This document shows positions 1-8,019 of a stretch of 14,434 bases of DNA, piece after piece. The stretch is from Armatimonadota bacterium (GTDB lineage Bacteria > Sysuimicrobiota > Sysuimicrobiia > Sysuimicrobiales > Humicultoraceae): contig JBQTJP010000249.1 of assembly GCA_052386995.1 (NCBI GenBank), forward strand, positions 1-14,434. Direction: 5' to 3'. Every line of letters begins with the position of its first letter. The first letter of the stretch is position 1. Both the position numbers and the translations under genes were made by a program. Under the pieces are notes generated by a model. That model was given only the letters and a program-made list of their open reading frames with translations, did not search any database and had not been told where the DNA came from.

Positions 1-64
1 CAGTGCGGAGGTGCGGTCAGGCGGCGGCGGTGGACGGCACTCAATGAAAGAGGTGGGGGAAGGC

Positions 65-271
65 ATGCCGAGTGGGACTGTGAAGTGGTTTAGCGCTGAG
101 AAGGGCTACGGTTTCATCACCCCTGACGAAGGCGGCAAGGATGTCTTCGTCCACTATTCCGCGATTCAGTCCGAAGGCTATCGGACGCTCAACGAGGGAC
201 AGAAGGTTGAATACGAGGTCGTGCAGGGCCAGAAGGGTCCGCAGGCCGCGAACGTCAAGCTGCTCGGCTAG
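65..271 (+). CDS. cspA: Cold-shock protein (CspA family), 68 aa
   Basis: [35 protein letters not shown] contains RNP1 (KGYGFI) and RNP2 (VFVHY) and ends [11 protein letters not shown] at 65 follows a purine-rich RBS. The specific paralog cannot be determined. Confidence 0.97.
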   Translation: MPSGTVKWFSAEKGYGFITPDEGGKDVFVHYSAIQSEGYRTLNEGQKVEYEVVQGQKGPQAANVKLLG

Positions 272-325
272 TCCACGGGCGAGGTGGACTGACTGATCGA
301 GCAAGCGGTCCAGAACGTGCCGCCT

Positions 326-366
326 GGTTGAGGGAGGCCACGCCCGGCCTCCCTCGGTCGTTTTCT
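326..366 (+). terminator. Probable intrinsic terminator after csp, lying between convergent genes
   Basis: Perfect 10-bp stem GAGGGAGGCC (330-339) / GGCCTCCCTC (346-355) with a 6-nt loop, extendable by G-U pairs, followed by GTTTTCT. A second 7-bp hairpin AGTCCAC/GTGGACT lies at 270-290. Confidence 0.75.
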
Positions 367-406
367 GTGAGTATCGCGCGGTGAAGACCGCGGACGCTCA
401 GCCGGC

Positions 407-835
407 TCAATCGAGTTCGTGTTCGGCGGGATGGTCCCGTAGGCGTTTCACGACCACCTCGAGCATCCTAACCGCCATGTCGGGGTTCTCTTTCAAGAGC
501 GCCCGGAAGTCCCACCGGACCAGTTGAAGACAGGTCGTGCGCTCTTTGGCGGTGACCGTCGCCGTGCGCTTGCGCTCCTCCATGAGCGCCATCTCGCCGA
601 AGAACTCACCGGTCCCCAGGTCGCGGATGCGGTGCCCGTTGTGGGTGACTTCCACCCGCCCCTGCCTGATCAGAAAGAACCCAAGGCCCGGATCGCCCTG
701 CTTGACGATCGCCGTCCCCGGATCGTAGACACGCTCTTTGAGCGATCGGGCGATGAACTCCAGCTCGCCGGCCGGGAGTGTGTCGAAGATCGGGACCTTC
801 TTCAAGTATGCGACGTACGACGCGGTCTCGGACAT
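407..835 (-). CDS. Stand-alone cyclic nucleotide-binding (cNMP) domain protein, 142 aa
   Basis: LKKVPIF start, IVKQGDPG.GFFLI..G.VEV, and phosphate-binding cassette GEFFGEMAL....RTATVTA. No C-terminal HTH. ATG at 835 has an AGGGGAGG RBS. Confidence 0.92.
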   Translation of the reverse strand: MSETASYVAYLKKVPIFDTLPAGELEFIARSLKERVYDPGTAIVKQGDPGLGFFLIRQGRVEVTHNGHRIRDLGTGEFFGEMALMEERKRTATVTAKERTTCLQLVRWDFRALLKENPDMAVRMLEVVVKRLRDHPAEHELD

Positions 836-976
836 GCCTGGTCCTCCCCTAGAAGATTGCATAGACTTCGTCGGAGATGGCGGCCCCCCTCCCGGGAATC
901 AATTCCGCTGCGGCCGCGGTTATCCCGAATAAGACGGTGCCGCAAAGGATCTCGAGACCAGGAGGCGTTCTTTAGG

Positions 977-2020
977 ATGCGCATGGCGCAGGTACTCTAC
1001 GACATCGACGTCCAGAGCCCGACGACCGGGCCCAGCCCCACCGCCGCCACGCCGGCGGAGGGCGAAGCCCTGGATGCGTATTCGCGGGCGGTCGTCCACG
1101 CGGTCGAACGCGTCGGACCGGCCGTGGTCAGCGTCGGCCTGTCCCGCCGCGCGCCGGAGCGTCTGCAGCGCCGGGGACTGCCCGAACTCCACGGCGCGGG
1201 CAGCGGTGTCGCGATCGCACCGGATGGCTACGTGCTGACCAACAGCCACGTCGTGGCCGGGGCCGACCGCATTCGGGTCCATCTCCAAGATGGGCGTGAC
1301 CTGGCCGCGCAGGTCATCGGCGACGACCCGCACAGTGACCTGGCGGTCATCCGGGTGCTGGACGGAGGGCTGCCCGTCGCCAGCCTCGGAGACTCATCTC
1401 GCCTTCGGGTCGGGCAGCTCGTGATCGCCATCGGGAATCCGCTGGGATTCCAGGCCACGGTCACCGCCGGAGTCATCAGCGCGCTGGGACGGACGCTGCG
1501 CGCGCAGACCGGCCGCCTGATCGCCAACGTGCTGCAGACGGATGCGGCCCTCAATCCCGGCAACTCCGGGGGACCGCTGGTCGACTTCCAAGGCGAGGTC
1601 ATCGGAATCAACACGGCCGTGATCGCGGGAACGCAGGGCATCTCGTTCGCCATTCCGGTGAACACGGCGAAGTGGGTCGCGTCGCAGTTAATCCGGGAGG
1701 GGCGCGTCCGGAGGGCGTATCTCGGGATCCAGGCCCAGACCGTGCCGCTGGATCGCCGGGCCGCCGTCAGCTACAACATCAATCGCGCCACCGCGGTCCG
1801 GGTCACCGAAGTGCAGCCCGACACGCCGGCCGCGCAGGCCGGATTGCGTGCGGGCGATCTCATCGCCAGGGCCGGGGAGGATGTCGTGGCGTCGCTCGAT
1901 GATTTGACGATGGCGCTTGGGCGGCACAGCATCGGCCAGTCGCTGACCCTGCGAGTGGTCAGGGAGGGCCGGTGGATCGAGGTCGCCGTCACCCCCGCGG
2001 AACTGCCCGCCGACGGCTAA
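977..2020 (+). CDS. HtrA/DegP-like trypsin serine protease with one PDZ domain
   Basis: Catalytic triad motifs TNSHVV, DLAV and GNSGGP; IAIGNPLG; C-terminal AYLGI...PAAQAGLRAGD PDZ. Start at ATG 977 (AGGAGG at 960-965) or 983. The ORF-track extension to 524 is an antisense shadow. Confidence 0.93.
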   Translation: MRMAQVLYDIDVQSPTTGPSPTAATPAEGEALDAYSRAVVHAVERVGPAVVSVGLSRRAPERLQRRGLPELHGAGSGVAIAPDGYVLTNSHVVAGADRIRVHLQDGRDLAAQVIGDDPHSDLAVIRVLDGGLPVASLGDSSRLRVGQLVIAIGNPLGFQATVTAGVISALGRTLRAQTGRLIANVLQTDAALNPGNSGGPLVDFQGEVIGINTAVIAGTQGISFAIPVNTAKWVASQLIREGRVRRAYLGIQAQTVPLDRRAAVSYNINRATAVRVTEVQPDTPAAQAGLRAGDLIARAGEDVVASLDDLTMALGRHSIGQSLTLRVVREGRWIEVAVTPAELPADG

Positions 2021-2039
2021 GCCAGACACGGGCACGCGC

Positions 2040-2501
2040 GTGACTTCACGGCTGCCGGCCGCGGTCGCCAGGTTCCTGCGGCGTCAGCCCGTAGCGCGCC
2101 TTGCCACCGCGGACGCCACCGGACGGCCGCACGTTGTGCCAATCTGTTTCGCCGTGGCATCGGCGACTCTGTACACGGTGATCGACCGGAAGCCGAAGCG
2201 GGTCGCCGCGAAGGAGCTGCGCCGCCTGCGCAACGTGCGGGAGAACCCTCGCGTCGCCGCGGTCGTCGATGTGTACGCGGACAACTGGTCGCATTTGGGG
2301 TTTGTCCTGCTGGAAGGCCGTGCCCGAATTCTCGAGCGGGGCCGTGTGCACGCAAAGGCGTTGGAGCTGCTGCGCCAGAAGTACCCGCAGTACCAACGCA
2401 TGGCTCTCAATGATAGGCCGGTGATTGCCATCAGGATTCACCGCGTGGTCCGATGGGGCCGCGTCGCACCTATACCTAACGGGACGAGGGGGCACAGATG
2501 A
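2040..2501 (+). CDS. PPOX-class (pyridoxamine 5'-phosphate oxidase-like) probable F420-dependent oxidoreductase, Rv0121/TIGR03668-like
   Basis: VARLATAD..GRPHVVPICFA, YTVID.KPK, LRRLRNVRENPRV..VVD.Y..NW..L...LEGRA, LLRQKYPQY are characteristic of this family. GTG start. Confidence 0.88.
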   Translation: MTSRLPAAVARFLRRQPVARLATADATGRPHVVPICFAVASATLYTVIDRKPKRVAAKELRRLRNVRENPRVAAVVDVYADNWSHLGFVLLEGRARILERGRVHAKALELLRQKYPQYQRMALNDRPVIAIRIHRVVRWGRVAPIPNGTRGHR

Positions 2502-3379
2502 AGCTCGGGATTGGATTGCCGAACACGATGCCGCACGAGGTCGATCGCCGGCTCACGCTTGAGTGGGCCCGCAAAGCCGATCAGGCCGGGTTCCATACGC
2601 TGGCCGTGATCGACAAGCTCAACTACGATTCCTGGGAATCCCTGGCGACACTGGCGGGCGTGGCCGGCGTCACCGAGCGCGCCCGGCTCGCCACCACGAT
2701 CCTGCAGCTGCCCAACCGCAACGAGGTCCTTGTCGCCAAACAGGCGGCGGTCATCGACCGCCTGTCAGAGGGCCGGCTCGATCTCGGCGTCGCGGTGGGA
2801 GCCCGGAAAGACGACTTCGACGTACTCGGCGCGCGATTCGACAATCGCGGAAGACGATTCGAGAAGCAGATCGGCCGCATTCGAGAGATCTGGACCAACG
2901 GGCGGGCAGCCGACCGTAACCGTGGCGTCCTGGGGCCTGCGCCGCTGCAGAACCCCGGACCCCCGATCTGGATCGGCGCCATGGCCGAGAAAGCCGTCGA
3001 ACGGGCACTGCGGCTCGGCGACGGTTACATCTTCGGGACCGCCGGCATCCAGATGATGGCGCAGTACACGCCGATGATACGGCAGGGCGCTGCTGCGAAG
3101 GGCAAGCCGCACTTCACCATCGCCGGGCTGGCCTATGTGGCGGTCGGAGACAACCCTGCGAAGGCGCTGGAAGAAGCCACGCACCACGTGCTGCGGTATT
3201 ACGGCCAGCTATGGACCGAGCCCAAGAACCTGATCCACCATGGCCCGGGGTCGGTGATCGCCGAGGCGGCTCGGGGCTATGCCGAGGCGGGCCTGGACAT
3301 CCTGATTGTCATTCCACAGATTCCCGACCTCGGACAGGTCGAGCGGCTGGCCCGGGACGTGCTGCCCGCGTATCGCTAG
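2498..3379 (+). CDS. LLM-class (luciferase-like) flavin/F420-dependent oxidoreductase
   Basis: MKLGIGLP, A..AD.AGF, LA.VA..T.R.RL.T.IL.LP.R, AKQAA.IDRLS.GRL.LGVAVG, P.P.Q.PGPPIWIG. ATGA overlap with the upstream gene. Confidence 0.93.
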   Translation: MKLGIGLPNTMPHEVDRRLTLEWARKADQAGFHTLAVIDKLNYDSWESLATLAGVAGVTERARLATTILQLPNRNEVLVAKQAAVIDRLSEGRLDLGVAVGARKDDFDVLGARFDNRGRRFEKQIGRIREIWTNGRAADRNRGVLGPAPLQNPGPPIWIGAMAEKAVERALRLGDGYIFGTAGIQMMAQYTPMIRQGAAAKGKPHFTIAGLAYVAVGDNPAKALEEATHHVLRYYGQLWTEPKNLIHHGPGSVIAEAARGYAEAGLDILIVIPQIPDLGQVERLARDVLPAYR

Positions 3380-3381
3380 CG

Positions 3382-3403
3382 CGGCCGGACGGACGCCCGG
3401 CCG
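3382..3403. terminator. Possible hairpin between convergent LLM and M20 genes
   Basis: CGGCCGG (3382-3388) / CCGGCCG (3397-3403) 7-bp stem; no U-tract. Confidence 0.3.
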
Positions 3404-3426
3404 GTGGACCATAGCCTCCCGCGATC

Positions 3427-4566
3427 TCACGGGCCGAGCAGGAGCGCCGACGTGACCAGGCATGCCTGGCGCAGGCCCTGCGGCAGGACGCTCGTGTCCA
3501 GCACTTCATCAACCGTGTGCTCGTTCTCACCGCGCGCGATGCCCAGGCATACGGCTGCGGCGCCGCCGCCGAGCGGCACGTTCGCATCGGTGCTCCCCGC
3601 TTCCCACACGAGCGGAGCACCCACGGTATCCGCGGCTTCTTCCACGAGCCTGACGAGCGGGTGATCGGGCGGAAGCCGCCCGCCCGGGCGATCGCCCACG
3701 ATCTCGACAGTCGGACGCACGCCCGCGGCATCGGCGATGGATGCCACGAGGCCGCGAACGGCCCGTTCGAGTGCTGCCAGAGCTTCACCTGATTCCGACC
3801 GCAGGTCGAGCAGCAGGTGCGCCTCGGGCGCGATCGTATTCACGCCGCGTCCGCCGTCGATCAGCCCGACATTGTACGTCGTCTTGGGGTCGGCCGGCAC
3901 CTTGATCTGCGCGATCTGGTCGATCAGGCGCCCGAGCGCATGGATGGCGCTGGGCCGTCCGAAGTGGCTCCACGAGTGGCCGCCTTCGGTCCGATAGCGG
4001 ATCGACAGCCGGCGCGAGCCGACGCCGACTCTCACGGCCCGGTTGAACGCGCCGCCTTCGAGGATCACCCAGGCGTTCGCGCTCGCCCCGTACTCTCCCC
4101 AGAGCGCCTTCGCCCCCCGCAGGTTGCCGAGGCCTTCTTCACCGACGTTCGCCGCGAGAATCAGCGTGCCGCGGCCGGGGAGATCCGCGAGCGCCACTCC
4201 CAGCCACAACAGCGCCGCCAGGGCGATGCTGTTGTCGCCGATCCCCGGACCGGCGAGACGATGGCCGTCCCGTCGCACGACGATCGGGACATCAGGCCCG
4301 AACACCGTGTCCAGATGCGCGGTCAGTACCACGGTCCCACGACTCGATGCGCCGGGCAACTCACAGATGACGTTTCCAACGACGTCGGTGCGCGGCGCGA
4401 ATCCCAGCGCCGTCATCCTGCCCGCCACGTGCGCGGCACGGCGCGACTCCGCAAACGGAGGCGCCGGGATCTCACAGATCGTCACGGCATCGTCGATAAC
4501 GTCATGCAGGTGCGCGTCGAGCTGCTGCAGGCTGCTTTGAATCTCTGGTCGCTCGGCGATCTTCAT
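3427..4566 (-). CDS. M20/M25/M40 family metallo-hydrolase (peptidase), 379 aa
   Basis: Metal-ligand motifs TAHLDTV, GPGIGDN, GEEGLG, GGHSW, STDAN and a C-terminal EH. ATG at 4566 has a GGGAGG RBS. Confidence 0.92.
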   Translation of the reverse strand: MKIAERPEIQSSLQQLDAHLHDVIDDAVTICEIPAPPFAESRRAAHVAGRMTALGFAPRTDVVGNVICELPGASSRGTVVLTAHLDTVFGPDVPIVVRRDGHRLAGPGIGDNSIALAALLWLGVALADLPGRGTLILAANVGEEGLGNLRGAKALWGEYGASANAWVILEGGAFNRAVRVGVGSRRLSIRYRTEGGHSWSHFGRPSAIHALGRLIDQIAQIKVPADPKTTYNVGLIDGGRGVNTIAPEAHLLLDLRSESGEALAALERAVRGLVASIADAAGVRPTVEIVGDRPGGRLPPDHPLVRLVEEAADTVGAPLVWEAGSTDANVPLGGGAAAVCLGIARGENEHTVDEVLDTSVLPQGLRQACLVTSALLLGP

Positions 4567-4698
4567 TGCGATCCTCCCGCTGAATACCATACCGCGCCAC
4601 GCATCCGATCGCCTCCCCGAGGTCCGGCAAGAGGAGTTGCGCGGGCCAAGTGTAACAGTCAGGCGCGGGAAAATTGCACCGCGCCTACAGGAGGCCCT

Positions 4699-5085
4699 AT
4701 GAACGTCCAGAAGGTCGATGCGTCTCAGGCGCATCCGCCCGCGCAGCCCGATTATTTCGGCGGCCGCGTGCGCATGCAGGAGCTCTACCAGCCGGATCGC
4801 GACGGAGAAGAATCTGAGCTCGTCGCGGTGTTCTTCGACACCGGCGCGCGGACTATTCCGCACACACATGAGAGCACGCAGGTGCTTCAGGTCATCTCCG
4901 GCCGGTGCGTGGTGGTGATCGAGGACGAGCGGCGTGTGGCAGAGGCGGGCGAGTTCGTGATCGTCCCGCGCGGAGTCTGGCACTGGCACGGCGCAACGCG
5001 CGAGGGGCCCGCCGCGCACATCTCGATCAAACTGCCGGGACGGACGAACTGGACGCTCCCCCGTCGGAACTGGGCGGCCGGTTAG
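4699..5085 (+). CDS. Cupin domain protein (3-His-1-Gln metal site), 128 aa
   Basis: GART.PHTHE.TQVL.V.SG and PRGVWHWHGA cupin motifs. ATG at 4699 has AGGAGG at 4689-4694. Confidence 0.9.
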   Translation: MNVQKVDASQAHPPAQPDYFGGRVRMQELYQPDRDGEESELVAVFFDTGARTIPHTHESTQVLQVISGRCVVVIEDERRVAEAGEFVIVPRGVWHWHGATREGPAAHISIKLPGRTNWTLPRRNWAAG

Positions 5086-5103
5086 GCGCCGATCGACCGC
5101 GCC

Positions 5104-6324
5104 TCACGTGCAGCGCGCGAACAATCGGGACCTCACGTCATCCAGCGTCTCGTCGGCGCGAACCGGCGCGGTTATCTTTTGGGGCTTGCCGCCGGCGCAG
5201 GACACGGTCACCGTGCGCACCCGGTTGCTGCCGGGTTCTCGATCGTATGTCGCGACACGCGCCTTCGGCGTGCCCGGGTCGTAAGTATCTGTGGTGGCAT
5301 AGCCCTGGGCGTTGAACACCACACGCCTGATGCTGCCGTCCGGGTGGGTCACGTCGGCCTGCGTGATCTGCCCCTTTTCGTTCAGGACGTAGCGGAACCT
5401 GAAGGGCCGCCGGTCGCTCGTGTCCTGGCTGATGACCCTGCCGCCCTGATCGTAGGCATTGGTGAGTCGGAACTTGGGCTCGTTGACCGTGAGCATCCGG
5501 TGCGCCTCATCGTACGTGTAGTCCTTTGTGGTCTCCAGCGCATCGCCGACGAACTTCTGGACCTTGAGCAGCCGCCCGCGATCGTCGTACCGGTACGTTG
5601 CCGTGCGGCGCGCCCCGCCGGCGTCCATGCTCGCACGCGTGATGCGGTGGGCCGCGTCGCTGGCAAGACGGATTCCTCCCCCGCCCTGCGCGACAATGCC
5701 GGTCAGGTCGCCGCCCGCATCCCGGGTCATAGTGAGGGCGCGCCCGTCACGATCGCGATACTCGATCAGGACGCAGCGGCTCTTGGCATCACACGCCGAA
5801 AACGCATACCGCTGCCCATCCTGCAGGGTGACCTGCCATCCCTTCCCGTTCCACGCCAGGCGTGACTTGTAGAACTCGGTGGGCGACGACGTGTGCTCGA
5901 ACACGGCGTCCTTCTGTCCGGTGCCAGGCGAGGTACGAACGTAGTCGATGCGGCCCCCGTCCGCAAGGATCAAGGCGGCCCACGCGTACGTGGCGCCATC
6001 GCCGATGAGGGAGTGACCGAAGGGATGGCTCATCCCGATGCCAAACGCCCGTGGGCGCGGATCGCTGCTGCGGTACGTACGCCGCAGACGGATCGACGGG
6101 GAGCCCGGCACGCCCAGGTCGTCGTCCTCGCGGATGAACACGCCGGTGGCCAGGTCCACCGGATCGCCATCGATTGCATCCGCCCCCGCGGGCCGCGCAC
6201 CCGGCGCCGCCGTCGGAGCCGTTCTCCCGAGGCCCCGGTCGCCAGGCATGTCCCCGGCCCAGACAGCGCCGGCCAGCGCCGCAACGAGAAGGATCCGGCC
6301 CGGGATCGTTCGGAGCACACTCAT
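5104..6324 (-). CDS. Secreted DUF6531 + YD/RHS-repeat protein, short (406 aa), with no RHS core end or toxin domain
   Basis: Signal peptide-like MSVLRTIPGRILLVAALAGAVWA; DUF6531-like GDPVDLATG.F...DDDL.VPG...I.LRRTY.S.....AFG.G.SH; YD repeats TYRYDDRGRL, YTYDEAHRM, NAYDQGGRV. ATG at 6324 has a GGAGGG RBS. Confidence 0.85.
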   Translation of the reverse strand: MSVLRTIPGRILLVAALAGAVWAGDMPGDRGLGRTAPTAAPGARPAGADAIDGDPVDLATGVFIREDDDLGVPGSPSIRLRRTYRSSDPRPRAFGIGMSHPFGHSLIGDGATYAWAALILADGGRIDYVRTSPGTGQKDAVFEHTSSPTEFYKSRLAWNGKGWQVTLQDGQRYAFSACDAKSRCVLIEYRDRDGRALTMTRDAGGDLTGIVAQGGGGIRLASDAAHRITRASMDAGGARRTATYRYDDRGRLLKVQKFVGDALETTKDYTYDEAHRMLTVNEPKFRLTNAYDQGGRVISQDTSDRRPFRFRYVLNEKGQITQADVTHPDGSIRRVVFNAQGYATTDTYDPGTPKARVATYDREPGSNRVRTVTVSCAGGKPQKITAPVRADETLDDVRSRLFARCT

Positions 6325-6338
6325 GCCCTGCCCTCCAT

Positions 6339-6362
6339 CTGCGAATTCACCTGCGAATTCAC
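6339..6362. repeat. Perfect 12-bp tandem duplication (CTGCGAATTCAC x2)
   Basis: 6339-6350 and 6351-6362 are identical, immediately upstream of the RBS of the RHS-repeat gene. Confidence 0.9.
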
Positions 6363-6409
6363 CAAGATGCAACTGTCCCCAAACACGCCGGATTCAGACC
6401 GCGGGCTAG

Positions 6410-6700
6410 CTATCTGATGACTTTCCGCTTATGCGGGTCGACGCAGAACGCGCCGGCAAGTGGCGCCCCGCTCGCGCGATCGTCGTACGTCGCGCGAAAG
6501 AGGCGGGCAAACGCCAGGCACTTCTCGGAGCTCTGAAACGGGCCGTGGATCGACGAATAGACGCCGCCATCGGGCAAGGGTATCGACGTGTTGATGACGG
6601 CCCACCAGAGAAGGGCCGCGGGGAGGGCGGCACGGCCCAGGATCGGGATCGGAGACACAGAGGGCGAAGAACGGGACAAGTGGTGAGACGGCTGCTGCAT
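6410..6700 (-). CDS. Small hypothetical exported/membrane-anchored protein with a Cys pair (start uncertain)
   Basis: Fills the gap upstream of, and co-directional with, the RHS gene. Hydrophobic stretch ILGRAALPAALLWWAVI, then GPFQSSEKC...AFCVD. Its composition is more protein-like than the overlapping Arg-rich ORFs. Confidence 0.45.
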   Translation of the reverse strand: MQQPSHHLSRSSPSVSPIPILGRAALPAALLWWAVINTSIPLPDGGVYSSIHGPFQSSEKCLAFARLFRATYDDRASGAPLAGAFCVDPHKRKVIR

Positions 6701-6858
6701 CGTAGGCGCGACCCCCGCTGCGACGAAGAGTGGGAAGGGTGTATTCAGTTGGCTTCAGCCTACCGGGCGCATGCCGCGTCTGTCAAACGCTCGAGGCCGG
6801 CGACGGTGTCACGCCCCCGGTGGCAGGGTCGCAACCGCCGCGAAGAGAAAAAGCCCGG

Positions 6859-8019
6859 GTGCCCAAAGACCGGCTCCGTGTAGGCGTCTTCGGCGCGGGC
6901 GCGTGGGCGCGCGCCGCGCACATCCCCGGCTGGCAGCGTGATCCCCGGTGTGAGGTCGCTGTCGTCTGCGACGTCAAGCGTGATCTCGCGGAGGATGCGG
7001 CCCGCCGGTTCGGGATCAGTGAGGCCGCGCATGACTGGCAGGCCGTCGTCGCGCGGAGTGATCTCGACGTCATCGACATTGCCACCCCATCGCACACCCA
7101 TCACGAACTGGCGATGGCTGCGCTCGAGGCAGGCAAGCACACGCTCTGCGAGAAGCCCGTGGCCTACGATTTTCGCGACACGCTGCGGGCCGCCGATCTG
7201 GCCAAGCGCAAGAGTCTGAAAACCAAGCTCGGCTTCACGTTCCGGTACAGTCCCGGCGTGCAATATGCGAAATCCCTTATCGATGAGGGGTTTGTCGGCA
7301 CCCCGTTCATCTTCAACGGCTACGAGCAAAACTCGCAGTGGCTCGACCCGCAGAACCCGCTGCGCCAGGTCGATCCCGATGCCGACCAATCGGTCCTGCA
7401 GACCTCATCGCTCGAAGGGTATGGCGCGCCCATCATCGACATCTCGATGTGGTGGGTAGGCGCGGGCTACACACGGGTGGTCGGCACCATGCGCAACTTC
7501 ATTCCTGAACGCATGGTGCGCGCCACGGGCCGGATGATGCGCATGAACATCGACGATGGGGATATCTACCTCGCCGAGTACACCAACGGGGCGATTGGCT
7601 CCCTGCAGACGTCGTTCGTCACGGTCGGCAACTACCCCGGCATCGAGACGCGCATCTACGGAAGTAAGGGCGCGATCATCTGCCGGCTGGTCGAAGAGTT
7701 CGGTGTCGCCGAGACGATCAAAGTGGCCACCCCGGACGCCGTGGAATTCTCGCAGCGCGAGATTCCCGCGCGTTTCTATCCGCCGGGAGGCCATGCGCGC
7801 GAGTCATGGCGCAGCCTGTTCTACGCCAACCTCGTCAGGGATTTTGCCGGCGAGATTCTGGACGGCGGAGGACGCAACCAAGGAAGCTTCGAAGACGGCG
7901 CCCGGGTGCAGGAAGTCATCAACGCCGTGGAGCGGTCGTTCCACGAACGCCGCTGGGTCGACCTCCCCCTCGAACGGAAGCCTATCGCCGGCCGCTCACG
8001 CTCGTCCAGGCGTCCTTGA
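6859..8019 (+). CDS. Gfo/Idh/MocA family NAD(P)-dependent oxidoreductase
   Basis: LRVGVFGAG.WA..AH, DVIDIATP..TH......AL.AGKH.LCEKP, GFTFRY.P, C-terminal SFEDG..VQEVI.AV.RS....WV.L. Probable GTG start at 6859. Confidence 0.92.
   Translation: MPKDRLRVGVFGAGAWARAAHIPGWQRDPRCEVAVVCDVKRDLAEDAARRFGISEAAHDWQAVVARSDLDVIDIATPSHTHHELAMAALEAGKHTLCEKPVAYDFRDTLRAADLAKRKSLKTKLGFTFRYSPGVQYAKSLIDEGFVGTPFIFNGYEQNSQWLDPQNPLRQVDPDADQSVLQTSSLEGYGAPIIDISMWWVGAGYTRVVGTMRNFIPERMVRATGRMMRMNIDDGDIYLAEYTNGAIGSLQTSFVTVGNYPGIETRIYGSKGAIICRLVEEFGVAETIKVATPDAVEFSQREIPARFYPPGGHARESWRSLFYANLVRDFAGEILDGGGRNQGSFEDGARVQEVINAVERSFHERRWVDLPLERKPIAGRSRSSRRP

Noticed and set aside
524..976. N-terminal extension of the 498-aa protease ORF
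   Set aside because: It is antisense to the cNMP-binding gene and Arg-rich; a good RBS and ATG exist at 960-985.
3817..5019. Long overlapping extensions of the cupin (3817 +) and M20 (5019 -) ORFs
   Set aside because: They are mutual antisense shadows in high-GC DNA; the real starts with RBS are at 4699 and 4566.
6414..6450. CTGATGA followed by a small hairpin, suggesting a hammerhead ribozyme
   Set aside because: No GAAA core after stem II and no closing stems.
6431..6883. 150-aa + strand ORF
   Set aside because: Arg-rich, no motif, and overlaps the Gfo/Idh/MocA start; the minus-strand small ORF is more plausible.
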